Assembly (NCBI GenBank): GCA_025210415.1
Contig: JAOARS010000210.1
Coordinates: forward strand, 1 to 34,936
From: Marinifilum sp.
GTDB taxonomy: Bacteria > Bacteroidota > Bacteroidia > Bacteroidales > Marinifilaceae
DNA: 34,936 nucleotides
Direction: 5' to 3'
Part shown: in pieces, positions 1-8,524 of the stretch
Layout of the letters: the number at the start of each line of letters is the position of its first letter
How positions within the stretch are numbered: the first letter of the stretch is position 1
Notes under the pieces: model-generated
What the model was told of the DNA's origin: nothing
Database searches by the model: none
Seen by the model: the letters and a program-made list of their open reading frames with translations, nothing else
Translations under genes and position numbers: made by a program

Positions 1-24
1 AATTAAAGCAAGCAGTAGGAATTG

Positions 25-1059
25 CTATGCATTAAGTTGATTTTCAATCTCAGAATAGCTTTTCTTCGACCTGATAAAGTAATCGAAAATGATACTATTG
101 CGGTAAATTTCTTTGTGATGATTTGTGATAACAAGAGGAAGCAGTTCTTTGCGCTTTTTACGAAACTTACCAATCATGGTATAGAAAGACATGTGTGCTT
201 TAAAAACAGCTGCAAAGTTGGCAAATTCGCCACCAAGCAAGAACTTAAAGGCTGCAACTCCATCTAATATCATTCTAAAAAAGAATGTTGAAATAAGTGT
301 ATTAGAAGATAAGTTTTTATAAAGCATCAACAGGTTGTTACGAAAATTAAGGAACAATTTTCTCGAACTGTGATTGGGAAGTGTTGCCCCACCAACGTGA
401 TAAACCGTAGAATTGGTGTCGCAAATAATTCTGTGTCCCTGGTTTTTAATTCGCCAGCACAGATCGATTTCTTCCATGTGAGCAAAGAAATCTCCATCTA
501 ATCCACCTGTGTTTTTGTAAATCTCCGATCTGATAAACATGGCAGCACCACTGGCCCACAGTACATCAATGTTTGTATCGTATTGTCCTTTGTCTTCCTC
601 AATAACATCAAGAATTCTACCTCGGCAAAAAGGATACCCCAGGTAGTCGATAAACCCCCCGGCAGCACCGGCATATTCAAAATCCGTTTTGCTATTGTAA
701 GCTTTTATTTTTGGTTGAGCGGCAGCAATATCAGCATTGCTTTCGAATTGCTGGTAAATGGAATCTAACCAGTTTTCGGTCACCTCAACATCCGAGTTCA
801 ACAAAACAAAGTATTCATGATCGAGCTGAGCCAAGGCCCTGTTGTATCCTTCGGCAAAGCCATAATTTATATCGAGCTTAATTGTTCTGATATCAGGATA
901 TTTTTGATCAAGAAAAGCAATGGAATTGTCGGTTGAGGCATTGTCGGCCACAATTACTTCTGCCCATTCTCTTTTAGAGTGGTTCACCACTGATGGTAAA
1001 AATTTTTCTAATAATTCTTTACCATTCCAGTTTAGTATTACAATTCCAATTTTATTCAT
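25..1059 (-). CDS. Glycosyltransferase family 2 protein (GT2, WbbL/rhamnosyltransferase-like)
   Basis: 344-aa ORF with GT2 motifs IVILNWNG, VIVADNASTD, NYGFAEGYN, LLNSDVEV, SGAAMFIR, FFAHMEEIDLCWR, VYHVGGAT. Confidence 0.9.
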   Translation of the reverse strand: MNKIGIVILNWNGKELLEKFLPSVVNHSKREWAEVIVADNASTDNSIAFLDQKYPDIRTIKLDINYGFAEGYNRALAQLDHEYFVLLNSDVEVTENWLDSIYQQFESNADIAAAQPKIKAYNSKTDFEYAGAAGGFIDYLGYPFCRGRILDVIEEDKGQYDTNIDVLWASGAAMFIRSEIYKNTGGLDGDFFAHMEEIDLCWRIKNQGHRIICDTNSTVYHVGGATLPNHSSRKLFLNFRNNLLMLYKNLSSNTLISTFFFRMILDGVAAFKFLLGGEFANFAAVFKAHMSFYTMIGKFRKKRKELLPLVITNHHKEIYRNSIIFDYFIRSKKSYSEIENQLNA

Positions 1060-1111
1060 TTCTTCTTTTAAAAAAAATATCTACAAGTCAGTAACTTCTA
1101 ATGTAATTATT

Positions 1112-1153
1112 GACAACCGACAACCGACAACCGACAACCGACAACCGACAACC
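1112..1153. repeat. Tandem heptamer array (GACAACC)6 bracketed by an 8-bp inverted repeat
   Basis: Six perfect GACAACC copies counted at 1112-1153; AATTATTG (1105-1112) and CAATAATT (1153-1160) are reverse complements. Confidence 0.95.
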
Positions 1154-1169
1154 AATAATTCCTCCCTAT

Positions 1170-2042
1170 CTACTGTTTTTTGTGTTTCCAGCGCTTGTGC
1201 GACCACAACCAATAAGCAGGATTTTTGCTAATGTATTCTTCTAAAACCCGCGTGTGTTTCTCACTAATATCAAATTCTTTAGTTTCTTATGGATTGTCGA
1301 AAACAGGAATGAAAACAACCTCGTAATAACCACGCTTTATCTTTTGCATATTACAGAACACTACAGCTTGATTTAGCTTTTTTGCAATACGTTCGGTTCC
1401 TTGCAAAATGGGTGTATCCTGATTTAGAAATTTGGTCCAGTAATGAATACTTCTCTTGTTTGGTGTTTGATCGCCAAGAAAAACAGTTATGGTAAATTCT
1501 TTTTTGTTTCGATATCCCAACATGGTGCGCAAAGTATCATCTTTCGGAAGTGTTTTTGCACCAAATCGTTCCCTTAATTCGATGTATAAATTATCAAAAA
1601 CTTTATTGTGCAGAGGTTTGTAAATAGGCAATAGGTTTACATCTTTCCATGCAGGAAAAGAAGTCATCCACTCCCAGTTTCCATAGTGTCCTAAAATTGC
1701 GATAACACTTTTCCCGGATTGTTTGTACTGATCGAAGAAATCAGGTTTTAAAAATTGGCATCGTTTTTTTATTTCTTTTTCACCAATGGTCCAAAGCTTA
1801 ATGGTTTCAATAAAGCTATCGCAAAAATGAGAGAAGAACTCTTTTCCTATTTTTCGAATCTCCTTTTCGGATTTATCGGGAAAGGCATTCTTTAAATTGG
1901 TGTGAACAACCTGTTTTCGGTAACCTGCAACATGGTATACCAAAAAGAAAATGATATCAGAAAAAATATAAAGTACTCGCAAGGGCAAATAACTTATCAA
2001 TTTTAAAAAGCCGTATGCGATATAAGAAAAAAATTTAGTCAT
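1170..2042 (-). pseudogene. Lipid A lauroyl/myristoyl acyltransferase family (LpxL/HtrB-like) interrupted by an in-frame TAA at 1287-1289
   Basis: ORF 1287..2042 has an N-terminal TM segment, NLKNAFP, GHYGNWE and DQTP. After TAA the same frame continues ETKEFDISEKHTRVLEEYISKNPAYWLWSHKRWKHKKQ to TAG at 1170-1172, containing the family's C-terminal P..W.W.H.RWK motif. Confidence 0.85.
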
Positions 2043-2067
2043 GTTTTATGAAATCAAAAAAAGAGAA

Positions 2068-2868
2068 TTATTTAAGCATGTACTTTTGAACTACCGATTT
2101 AAATTCCTCCTGAACCAATCCGTTCGATGCAATGATTTCTTTGCCAAAAATATAATCATCACCTCCTTTAAAATCGCAAACCGCTCCGCCAGCTTGTTTC
2201 ACAAGGAAAGAACCAGCTGCAACATCCCAGGCCTGAAGGCTGTATTCGTAGAATGCTTCGAATCTACCGCATGCAACATAGGCCAAATCGGTAGCAGCAG
2301 AACCAGGGCGGCGCACGCCGTGAGAGTTAATAATGAAATACTCCAATGTTGCCATAAAGTTCTTTAGTAAATCGTAATCGTAGTAAGGAAATCCGGTAGC
2401 AATTAATGAAGCATCAACAGTTTTTGCTTTAGAAACGTGAATTGTATTGCCATTTAAAAAAGCTCCATTGGCACCTTTCCATGAATAAAAACATTCATTA
2501 AGGCTAATTTCATAAACCACACCCAGAACAATTTCATCACTTTCCTGCAAGGCAATGCTTACAGCAAATGGCGAAAACCCATGAATGTAATTGGTGGTTC
2601 CGTCAAGCGGATCGATGATCCAATTGTAACGATCGGCACGGTATGTTTCTGTTCCTTCCTCTGCAATAAAGCCAGCTTCGGGAAGAATTTTCTTTAGTTC
2701 GCTAACAATTAACTCTTCAGCTGTTTTGTCAACGTAAGTAACAAAATCGTGCATGCCTTTGGTTTCAACAACATCAGCTTTAATTTTACTTTGTTGTTCT
2801 TTAATAAAAGCACCAGCTTTTTTAGCAATTTCGTTGGTTTTAAAACACAAATCTTCCAATAGGTTCAT
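2068..2868 (-). CDS. suhB: Inositol monophosphatase family protein
   Basis: DFVTYVD, AEEG, WIIDPLDGTTNY, GSAATDLAYVACGR and WDVAAG motifs. Confidence 0.9.
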   Translation of the reverse strand: MNLLEDLCFKTNEIAKKAGAFIKEQQSKIKADVVETKGMHDFVTYVDKTAEELIVSELKKILPEAGFIAEEGTETYRADRYNWIIDPLDGTTNYIHGFSPFAVSIALQESDEIVLGVVYEISLNECFYSWKGANGAFLNGNTIHVSKAKTVDASLIATGFPYYDYDLLKNFMATLEYFIINSHGVRRPGSAATDLAYVACGRFEAFYEYSLQAWDVAAGSFLVKQAGGAVCDFKGGDDYIFGKEIIASNGLVQEEFKSVVQKYMLK

Positions 2869-2910
2869 GACAAGTGCGATTGGTAATTATTTAAAATTGA
2901 TAATTTACTT

Positions 2911-2918
2911 CAAAACTA
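2911..2918 (-). promoter_or_regulatory. Candidate Bacteroidetes primary-sigma -7 element for suhB
   Basis: Minus-strand TAGTTTTG matches TAnnTTTG, about 42 nt upstream of the suhB ATG; no clear -33 element. Confidence 0.5.
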
Positions 2919-2973
2919 ATATCAATTATCTAGATATTCGAATTGAGGCTTAAAATCTTTATAGCAGAAAATA

Positions 2974-3071
2974 TTAAAGTGCCTAAAGTACTTAAAGTTG
3001 ATATTACTACATGCTTTACATTTTAAAGAAGTGTTTTTACAACTTTAGACACTTTTAACTTTAAGTACTTT
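2974..3071. repeat. Inverted pair of degenerate 9-mer (yTAAAGTnn) tandem arrays
   Basis: TTAAAGTGC-CTAAAGTAC-TTAAAGTTG at 2974-3000; 2985-2999 AAAGTACTTAAAGTT is the exact reverse complement of 3057-3071; 2976-2989 matches the reverse complement of 3042-3055 at 13/14. Confidence 0.8.
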
Positions 3072-4408
3072 TAATTCTTGATAATCGGTCTAAAACTGAA
3101 CTCTGCTTCATTTACCAATTCAGCATCAAGATTCCCTTTCTCGTTAATCTTTAAAAGCTGAGCCTTTGCCAACTGATTGCTTAGGTTTTGATTGTAAGGA
3201 ATTTCAACTTTAATGTAGTTTTCGGTAAATCCATACATTTTACCATTGTCATTAAATCCTTCAAACAATACTTCAAGTTTCTCATTTAGGTGTTCCTGAT
3301 AAAAAGCTCTTAGTTTTTTTTCAGACAGGATTTGGAACATTTTAGCACGTCGTTTTCTTTCTTCAACAGGAACCGATTCCTTAATTTCCAGAGCTTTTGT
3401 TCCTTGTCGTTCCGAGTATGGAAACACATGAAGCTGGCTAATAGGCAATTCGTTAATGAATTTGTAAGCATCATTAAAATCTTCTTCACTCTCTCCGCGA
3501 CTACCTGCAATTACATCAACACCAATAAAAGCATCAGGAAGCAAAGATTTGATTTTTTCGATTCGTTGAGCGAACAATTCTCTGTCGTATCTTCTTTTCA
3601 TCAATTTCAGAACCTTGTTCGATCCTGCTTGCAGCGGAATATGAAAATGATTCACAAATTTCTTCGAGCTGGCAACAAAATCGATGATCTCATTACTCAA
3701 CAAATTAGGTTCTATCGATGAAATTCTGAATCGTTCAATTCCTTCCACTTTTTCCAATTCTTTAATCAAATCTAAAAAAGTTTCGTTGGTACTTTTCCCA
3801 AAATCACCAATGTTAACACCTGTAAGTATGATTTCTTTTGCCCCCTCGGCAGCAACTTTTTCGGCTTGTTTTACCGTGTCGGCAATGCTGTTATTTCTGC
3901 TTCTTCCTCTGGCAAATGGAATGGTACAGTAGGTGCAAAAGTAATTGCAACCATCCTGAATTTTTAGGAAACAACGGGTTCTGTCGCCCATCGAGTATGA
4001 TGAATGAAAATCTTTAATAGATTCAAGTTCGCAGGGATGTAATTCGCCAGTTCCTTTTTTTTCAAGGTGATCGATATACTTGTGGATATTGAATTTCTCG
4101 TTGGCACCTAAAACCAAATCAACACCTGGAATTTTAAGAATTTCTTTTGGTTTTAACTGTGCATAACAACCAATAACAGCAACAAAAGCATTCGGATTGG
4201 TCTTAATTATTTTTTTAATGGCTTGTCGGCACTTTTTATCGGCCTGATCGGTTACCGAACAAGTATTAATTACGTATATATCAGCTTTTTCAGTCATTTT
4301 CACCATTTCGAACCCCATTTCTTTAAATGATCGTCCGATGGTTGAAGTTTCTGAAAAGTTCAATTTGCACCCCAATGTATAAAATGCAACTGTTTTACCC
4401 TGCAACAT
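3071..4408 (-). CDS. mtaB: tRNA t6A37 methylthiotransferase (radical SAM, MiaB/MtaB family)
   Basis: UPF0004 N-terminus TLGCKLNFSE, INTCSVT, GCYAQ; radical SAM FLKIQDGCNYFCTYC; RISSIEP, HFHIPLQAG, HVFPYSERQGT, TENY. Confidence 0.92.
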   Translation of the reverse strand: MLQGKTVAFYTLGCKLNFSETSTIGRSFKEMGFEMVKMTEKADIYVINTCSVTDQADKKCRQAIKKIIKTNPNAFVAVIGCYAQLKPKEILKIPGVDLVLGANEKFNIHKYIDHLEKKGTGELHPCELESIKDFHSSYSMGDRTRCFLKIQDGCNYFCTYCTIPFARGRSRNNSIADTVKQAEKVAAEGAKEIILTGVNIGDFGKSTNETFLDLIKELEKVEGIERFRISSIEPNLLSNEIIDFVASSKKFVNHFHIPLQAGSNKVLKLMKRRYDRELFAQRIEKIKSLLPDAFIGVDVIAGSRGESEEDFNDAYKFINELPISQLHVFPYSERQGTKALEIKESVPVEERKRRAKMFQILSEKKLRAFYQEHLNEKLEVLFEGFNDNGKMYGFTENYIKVEIPYNQNLSNQLAKAQLLKINEKGNLDAELVNEAEFSFRPIIKN

Positions 4409-4478
4409 ATTCTTTCCCTCTGCTGATTATATCATTTAAACTTTTAAATGATAATCGGTATTAATCAAATTATGAGAT

Positions 4479-4516
4479 AAAAAAAGAACCGAATCAATTT
4501 CAATTGAATCAGTTCT
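4479..4516 (-). terminator. Intrinsic terminator-like hairpin between ppx and mtaB
   Basis: Minus strand AGAACTGATTCAATT-GA-AATTGATTCGGTTCT (one mismatch, one G-U) running into a T tract. Confidence 0.6.
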
Positions 4517-4540
4517 AATTTATACAAATTAATTAGTTTG

Positions 4541-4548
4541 CAAATTTA
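4541..4548 (-). promoter_or_regulatory. Candidate -7 promoter element upstream of mtaB
   Basis: Minus-strand TAAATTTG matches TAnnTTTG and is followed by CA. Confidence 0.5.
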
Positions 4549-4577
4549 TAAAAAGAATTAGCTTTTAAAGCCTATTT

Positions 4578-5483
4578 CTAACTAATTAGGAGTTTGTTCG
4601 ACTTGTATTCTTTGTAAAGCTGATGTACAATACCATCGGAAACCCCAATCTTAGGTACATGAATTCTTTCTGCTTTTGCCCATTCCATAACACTTAGGAA
4701 AATTGTGGCAGCAGGAATAATTACATCAGCCCTGTCAGGATTCATGTTGTAATTAATCATCAATTCTTCGTGTGTGTATTGTTTTAAATCGTAATAGATA
4801 TTTTTTAGCTCCCTGTAGCTAATATGTTTTTCTTTTCTGGGTATAGCAAGCTTAACCAATCGGTTGATATTTCCTCCGGAACCAATAATCTCAATGTTTT
4901 CGCAATTGGGGCAAATGTCCAGTAAACATTCTTTAATTCGAATAAATTCACCTTTGGGAACACAATCTTTTAAAATTTTAATTGTACCAACATTAAAAGA
5001 AGCTGAGAAAGTGCAAATGCCTTTCGAGAAGAGTGTAATTTCGGTACTGCCACCACCAACATCCACGTACAAATAGTCTTTATCAGGTTCTAAAGTATCG
5101 GCAATTTTATTATCGAAAATGATGCTGGCTTCTTCTTTACCGTCAATAATATCTATTTTAATGTTCGATTCTTCTTCAATTCTCTGTATAATTTCCGGTC
5201 CATTGGCAGCTTCGCGCATTGCCGAAGTTGCACAGGCCCGGTAGTTTACAATTTCATGAACCTCCATTAAATGTCTGAAAGCTTTCATCGATTTAATCAG
5301 TTTTTCGCCTTTTGCAGGAGAAATAAATTTATCGATGAAAGTATCGGTTCCCAATCGAATGGGCACCCTGATTAATGATGATTTTTTAAAGTGCGTATTC
5401 CCGCCTTCCTCAAATACGTTCATAAACAACAATCGGATGGCATTTGATCCGATATCTATGGCAGCAAACTTCATAATTTTCAT
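4578..5483 (-). CDS. ppx: Ppx/GppA family exopolyphosphatase (short form, no C-terminal HD domain)
   Basis: AAIDIGSNAIRL, ATSAMREAAN, IDGKEEA, DVGGGSTE, GSGGN and RADVIIPA motifs. Confidence 0.9.
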   Translation of the reverse strand: MKIMKFAAIDIGSNAIRLLFMNVFEEGGNTHFKKSSLIRVPIRLGTDTFIDKFISPAKGEKLIKSMKAFRHLMEVHEIVNYRACATSAMREAANGPEIIQRIEEESNIKIDIIDGKEEASIIFDNKIADTLEPDKDYLYVDVGGGSTEITLFSKGICTFSASFNVGTIKILKDCVPKGEFIRIKECLLDICPNCENIEIIGSGGNINRLVKLAIPRKEKHISYRELKNIYYDLKQYTHEELMINYNMNPDRADVIIPAATIFLSVMEWAKAERIHVPKIGVSDGIVHQLYKEYKSNKLLIS

Positions 5484-5556
5484 ACGCGGTGGATTTGATT
5501 AAAATTTTGGTATCAAGCTTCGATTCAATTTTAGCTTTCTCTAAATCAATTTAAAG

Positions 5557-5564
5557 CAAATTTA
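5557..5564 (-). promoter_or_regulatory. Candidate -7 promoter element for ppx
   Basis: Minus-strand TAAATTTG(C) matches TAnnTTTG, about 73 nt upstream of the start. Confidence 0.5.
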
Positions 5565-5586
5565 GGAGTATTGCAACACTTCAATT

Positions 5587-6918
5587 TTAAAGCAAGTTAC
5601 TTGCCAATTCGGCCAAATGGCTTCTTTCTCCTTTTAGCAGGTTCACATGGGCAAAAATATCTTGTCCTTTCATTCTGTCCGATAAATATGCCAATCCGTT
5701 CGATTTTTTATCAAGATACGGAGAATCAATTTGTTCAATATCCCCGGTGAAAATCATTTTTGTTCCTTCGCCAGCCCTGGTAATAATGGTTTTTATTTCA
5801 TGAGGTGTAAGGTTTTGCGCTTCGTCTACAATAAAATATGTATTAGACAAGCTTCTTCCACGTATGTATGCCAATGGAGTAATCTGAAGTTTTTCTTCCT
5901 TCAAAAGTTCATCAATTTTTAAATACTCTTTGCTGTGAATATTAAACTTGTGCTTAATTACACTCAAATTGTCAAACAATGGTTGCATGTAAGGGCCAAT
6001 TTTTTCTTTTGCATCGCCAGGCAGGTATCCTAAATCTTTATTAGCCAACGCAACAATTGGCCTTGCCAAAAATATCTGATCGTACATGTCATTCTGCGCA
6101 AGTGCCGAAGCCAATGCCAGAAGCGTTTTTCCTGTTCCTGCTTTTCCTGTTAATGCCACCAGCGATATTTTCGGATCTAATAAAGCATTCATCGAGAATG
6201 TTTGCTCGGCATTTCTTGGATAAATACCATAAGCATTTGGTTTTTCGACCCTGGTTATTAGCCTTTCTACCGGATCGTAATGTGCCAATGCGCTCGACGA
6301 ATTTCCTTTCAAAATAAAATACTCATGCCCTGATTTTACCAAATCTACACCAAAATCTTCTTCGGGAATGCCTCCATTGCTTTTGTACAAGGAAGATATT
6401 TTTGTGTCATCGAAATTTTCAAGCGTAGTTATGCCAAGATTCATTACATCATCTAAATCCTGCACTTGATCGTTTTTGTAATCTTCAGCAAGAATACCAA
6501 GCGATTTTGCTTTCATTCTCAGGTTAATATCCTTGGTAACCAGAATTACTTTTTTTCGCTTGTATTGTTTAAAAATATGTTCGGCAATAGCTAAAATTCT
6601 ATGATCAGGAATATTTTCATGGAAAGAAGCTTTCATGGTTGGAGAAAATTCTTTGCCTGTTTCTATGAATAAATTTCCTAAATTTTTACCAAGGTTTGCA
6701 CCATCTTTAAAAAGGTTGTCACCTGATATTCTATCTAACTCTCGTGTGAATTCTCTTGCGTGAAAATTGATTTGATCGTTTCCTTTTTTAAATTTATCCA
6801 ACTCTTCGAGCACGGTAATGGGAATTACAACATCGTTTTCTTCAAAATTATAAATTGAATTAAAGTCGTGAAGGATAACATTTGTATCCAAAACGAAAAT
6901 CTTTTTGAGTTTTGCCAT
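5587..6918 (-). CDS. PIN domain-PhoH ATPase fusion (PhoH2/YlaK-like)
   Basis: PIN motifs FVLDTNVILHD, VLEELDKFK, DHRIL, VTKDINLRMKA; PhoH motifs GKAGTGKT, LGYLPG, YIRGRS, IVDEAQN, TRAGEG, GDIEQID. Confidence 0.92.
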   Translation of the reverse strand: MAKLKKIFVLDTNVILHDFNSIYNFEENDVVIPITVLEELDKFKKGNDQINFHAREFTRELDRISGDNLFKDGANLGKNLGNLFIETGKEFSPTMKASFHENIPDHRILAIAEHIFKQYKRKKVILVTKDINLRMKAKSLGILAEDYKNDQVQDLDDVMNLGITTLENFDDTKISSLYKSNGGIPEEDFGVDLVKSGHEYFILKGNSSSALAHYDPVERLITRVEKPNAYGIYPRNAEQTFSMNALLDPKISLVALTGKAGTGKTLLALASALAQNDMYDQIFLARPIVALANKDLGYLPGDAKEKIGPYMQPLFDNLSVIKHKFNIHSKEYLKIDELLKEEKLQITPLAYIRGRSLSNTYFIVDEAQNLTPHEIKTIITRAGEGTKMIFTGDIEQIDSPYLDKKSNGLAYLSDRMKGQDIFAHVNLLKGERSHLAELASNLL

Positions 6919-7186
6919 ATTGGGAAATTCTTAGAGGTTTATTACGACATATGTTTGTCGAGTTTTTATTGTTTTCTAAAAGTTGTTAGCATTTGAATTG
7001 ATTAGACTTTTGCTTTCTGATTATAAATCAATAAATAAGGTGTTCTGCTTTTAAAAAATTCAAATGGTGCAGCTTTTAATAGTTTTAATTTAGCAAAAAA
7101 TATAGGAAAATTAGCCCGTGAAATATTTTTTTAAGATTTTTTATTCTTCATTTGCAATGAATTTAAAATCAGTAAAGGTTTTTAAG

Positions 7187-8473
7187 ATGACTTATCAGGA
7201 AACACTCGATTATATGTTTACTCAGCTTCCTATGTATCAGCGTACCGGGAAGGCTGCTTATAAAGCTAATTTAGATACGACTTTAGCTTTAGATGATTAT
7301 TTTAATCATCCGCATGCAAAATTTAAAACCATTCATGTTGCAGGAACAAATGGAAAAGGGTCAGTTTCTCACTCTTTAGCAGCAGTATTACAAAAATCAG
7401 GTTTAAAAGTTGGTTTGTATACTTCGCCGCACTTGCGTGATTTTAGGGAAAGAGTAAAAATTAACGGACAGATGATTACCGAATTGGCTGTAGTTGATTT
7501 TATTGCAAAGCATAAGGCAAAGTTTGAAGAGTTAAAACCGTCCTTTTTCGAAATGACAGTTGCTTTGGCATTCGAGTATTTTGCGATTGAACAAGTAGAT
7601 ATTGCTGTTATCGAAGTAGGTTTAGGTGGTCGGTTGGATTCTACCAATATCATAACACCTTTACTTTCTGTAATAACTAATATTAGTAAAGACCATACCA
7701 ATTTGTTGGGCAATAACATTATTGATATTGCCAAAGAAAAAGCTGGCATCATAAAGGCAGGAGTTCCGGTAGTGGTAGGAGAGAAACAAGAGTGTGTTGC
7801 AGATGTGTTTGCAGAAATTGCCCGAGAAAAAGGAGCGGATATTTGCTTTGCCGAGAATGTTTACGATTTAAGTAAGGCAGAAGTTAATGCAGGAATGCAG
7901 AAGCTAAGTTTTGTATCGAAAAACAATGGTAAAGAGTTTTTGATGGAATGTGATTTGTTGGGAAAATATCAGCAAAAGAATATCAGAACTGCTATGTGTG
8001 CTTTGGATGTTTTGCGAAGAATGGGACTTGGTATTTCCGATGCTAACATCAGAAATGGATTTTCTGAAATTGTGAAAGAGACAGGATTGTTAGGCCGCTG
8101 GCAAGTTCTTCAAAAAGACCCAAGAGTTATTTGTGATACAGGTCATAATGCTGCCGGTATTAGAGAAATAATTGAGCAAATTGGAATGACTGATTACAGA
8201 AAGTTGAATATTGTATTTGGTTTGGTTGATGATAAAAATACCGATGAGGTTTTAAGTTTAATGCCAAAAGATGCAAATTATTATTTTACACGTGCAAGTA
8301 TTCCAAGAGCTTTGAATGAGAATATACTTTTGGAACTTGCAAAAGCATATGGTTTACAGGGTAAAACCTATCCATCGGTAGGTAAAGCAGTGGATGCTGC
8401 AAAAGTAGAATCGGGAAAAGAGGATTTAATTTTTATAGGTGGAAGTACTTTTGTTGTGGCCGAAGTAGTTTAG
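7187..8473 (+). CDS. folC: Bifunctional folylpolyglutamate synthase/dihydrofolate synthase
   Basis: IHVAGTNGKGS, YTSPHL, EVGLGGRLDSTN, EKAGIIK, GRWQ, DTGHN. ATG at 7187 (MTYQETLDY) preferred over the track's GTG at 7118. Confidence 0.93.
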   Translation: MTYQETLDYMFTQLPMYQRTGKAAYKANLDTTLALDDYFNHPHAKFKTIHVAGTNGKGSVSHSLAAVLQKSGLKVGLYTSPHLRDFRERVKINGQMITELAVVDFIAKHKAKFEELKPSFFEMTVALAFEYFAIEQVDIAVIEVGLGGRLDSTNIITPLLSVITNISKDHTNLLGNNIIDIAKEKAGIIKAGVPVVVGEKQECVADVFAEIAREKGADICFAENVYDLSKAEVNAGMQKLSFVSKNNGKEFLMECDLLGKYQQKNIRTAMCALDVLRRMGLGISDANIRNGFSEIVKETGLLGRWQVLQKDPRVICDTGHNAAGIREIIEQIGMTDYRKLNIVFGLVDDKNTDEVLSLMPKDANYYFTRASIPRALNENILLELAKAYGLQGKTYPSVGKAVDAAKVESGKEDLIFIGGSTFVVAEVV

Positions 8474-8484
8474 ACAAAAAATTA

Positions 8485-8514
8485 TTGCATCGTAAAATTT
8501 TCTGTTTATATTTG
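8485..8514 (+). promoter_or_regulatory. Bacteroidetes primary-sigma promoter of tRNA-Val
   Basis: TTG (8485-8487), 19-nt spacer, TATATTTG (8507-8514), 10 nt before the tRNA. Confidence 0.8.
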
Positions 8515-8524
8515 CACCCTCAGA

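Noticed and set aside
1070-1077. A8 homopolymer upstream of GT2 as a phase-variation tract
   Set aside because: Runs of this length are common in this AT-rich window, and it is non-coding.
1112-1153. Heptamer array as a CRISPR array
   Set aside because: The units are 7 bp with no spacers, and there are no cas genes in the window.
920-1231. 103-aa plus-strand ORF containing DNRQPTT repeats
   Set aside because: It is antisense to GT2 and to the acyltransferase tail; the peptide repeat is just the translated heptamer array.
1287-1289. Selenocysteine, pyrrolysine or alternative genetic code at the internal stop
   Set aside because: The codon is TAA rather than TGA or TAG, and TAA terminates many intact genes in this window.
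6945-6960. CGACA/TGTCG mini-hairpin upstream of PIN-PhoH
   Set aside because: A 5-bp stem is expected by chance and has no further support.
5587-7186. PIN-PhoH as the toxin of a toxin-antitoxin pair
   Set aside because: No antitoxin-like ORF is evident upstream, and stand-alone PIN-PhoH genes are common.
7118-7186. N-terminal extension of FolC from GTG 7118 (and likewise Rex from TTG 8722)
   Set aside because: The extensions are low-complexity AT-rich translations of promoter DNA; family-like sequence starts at ATG 7187 and ATG 8752.
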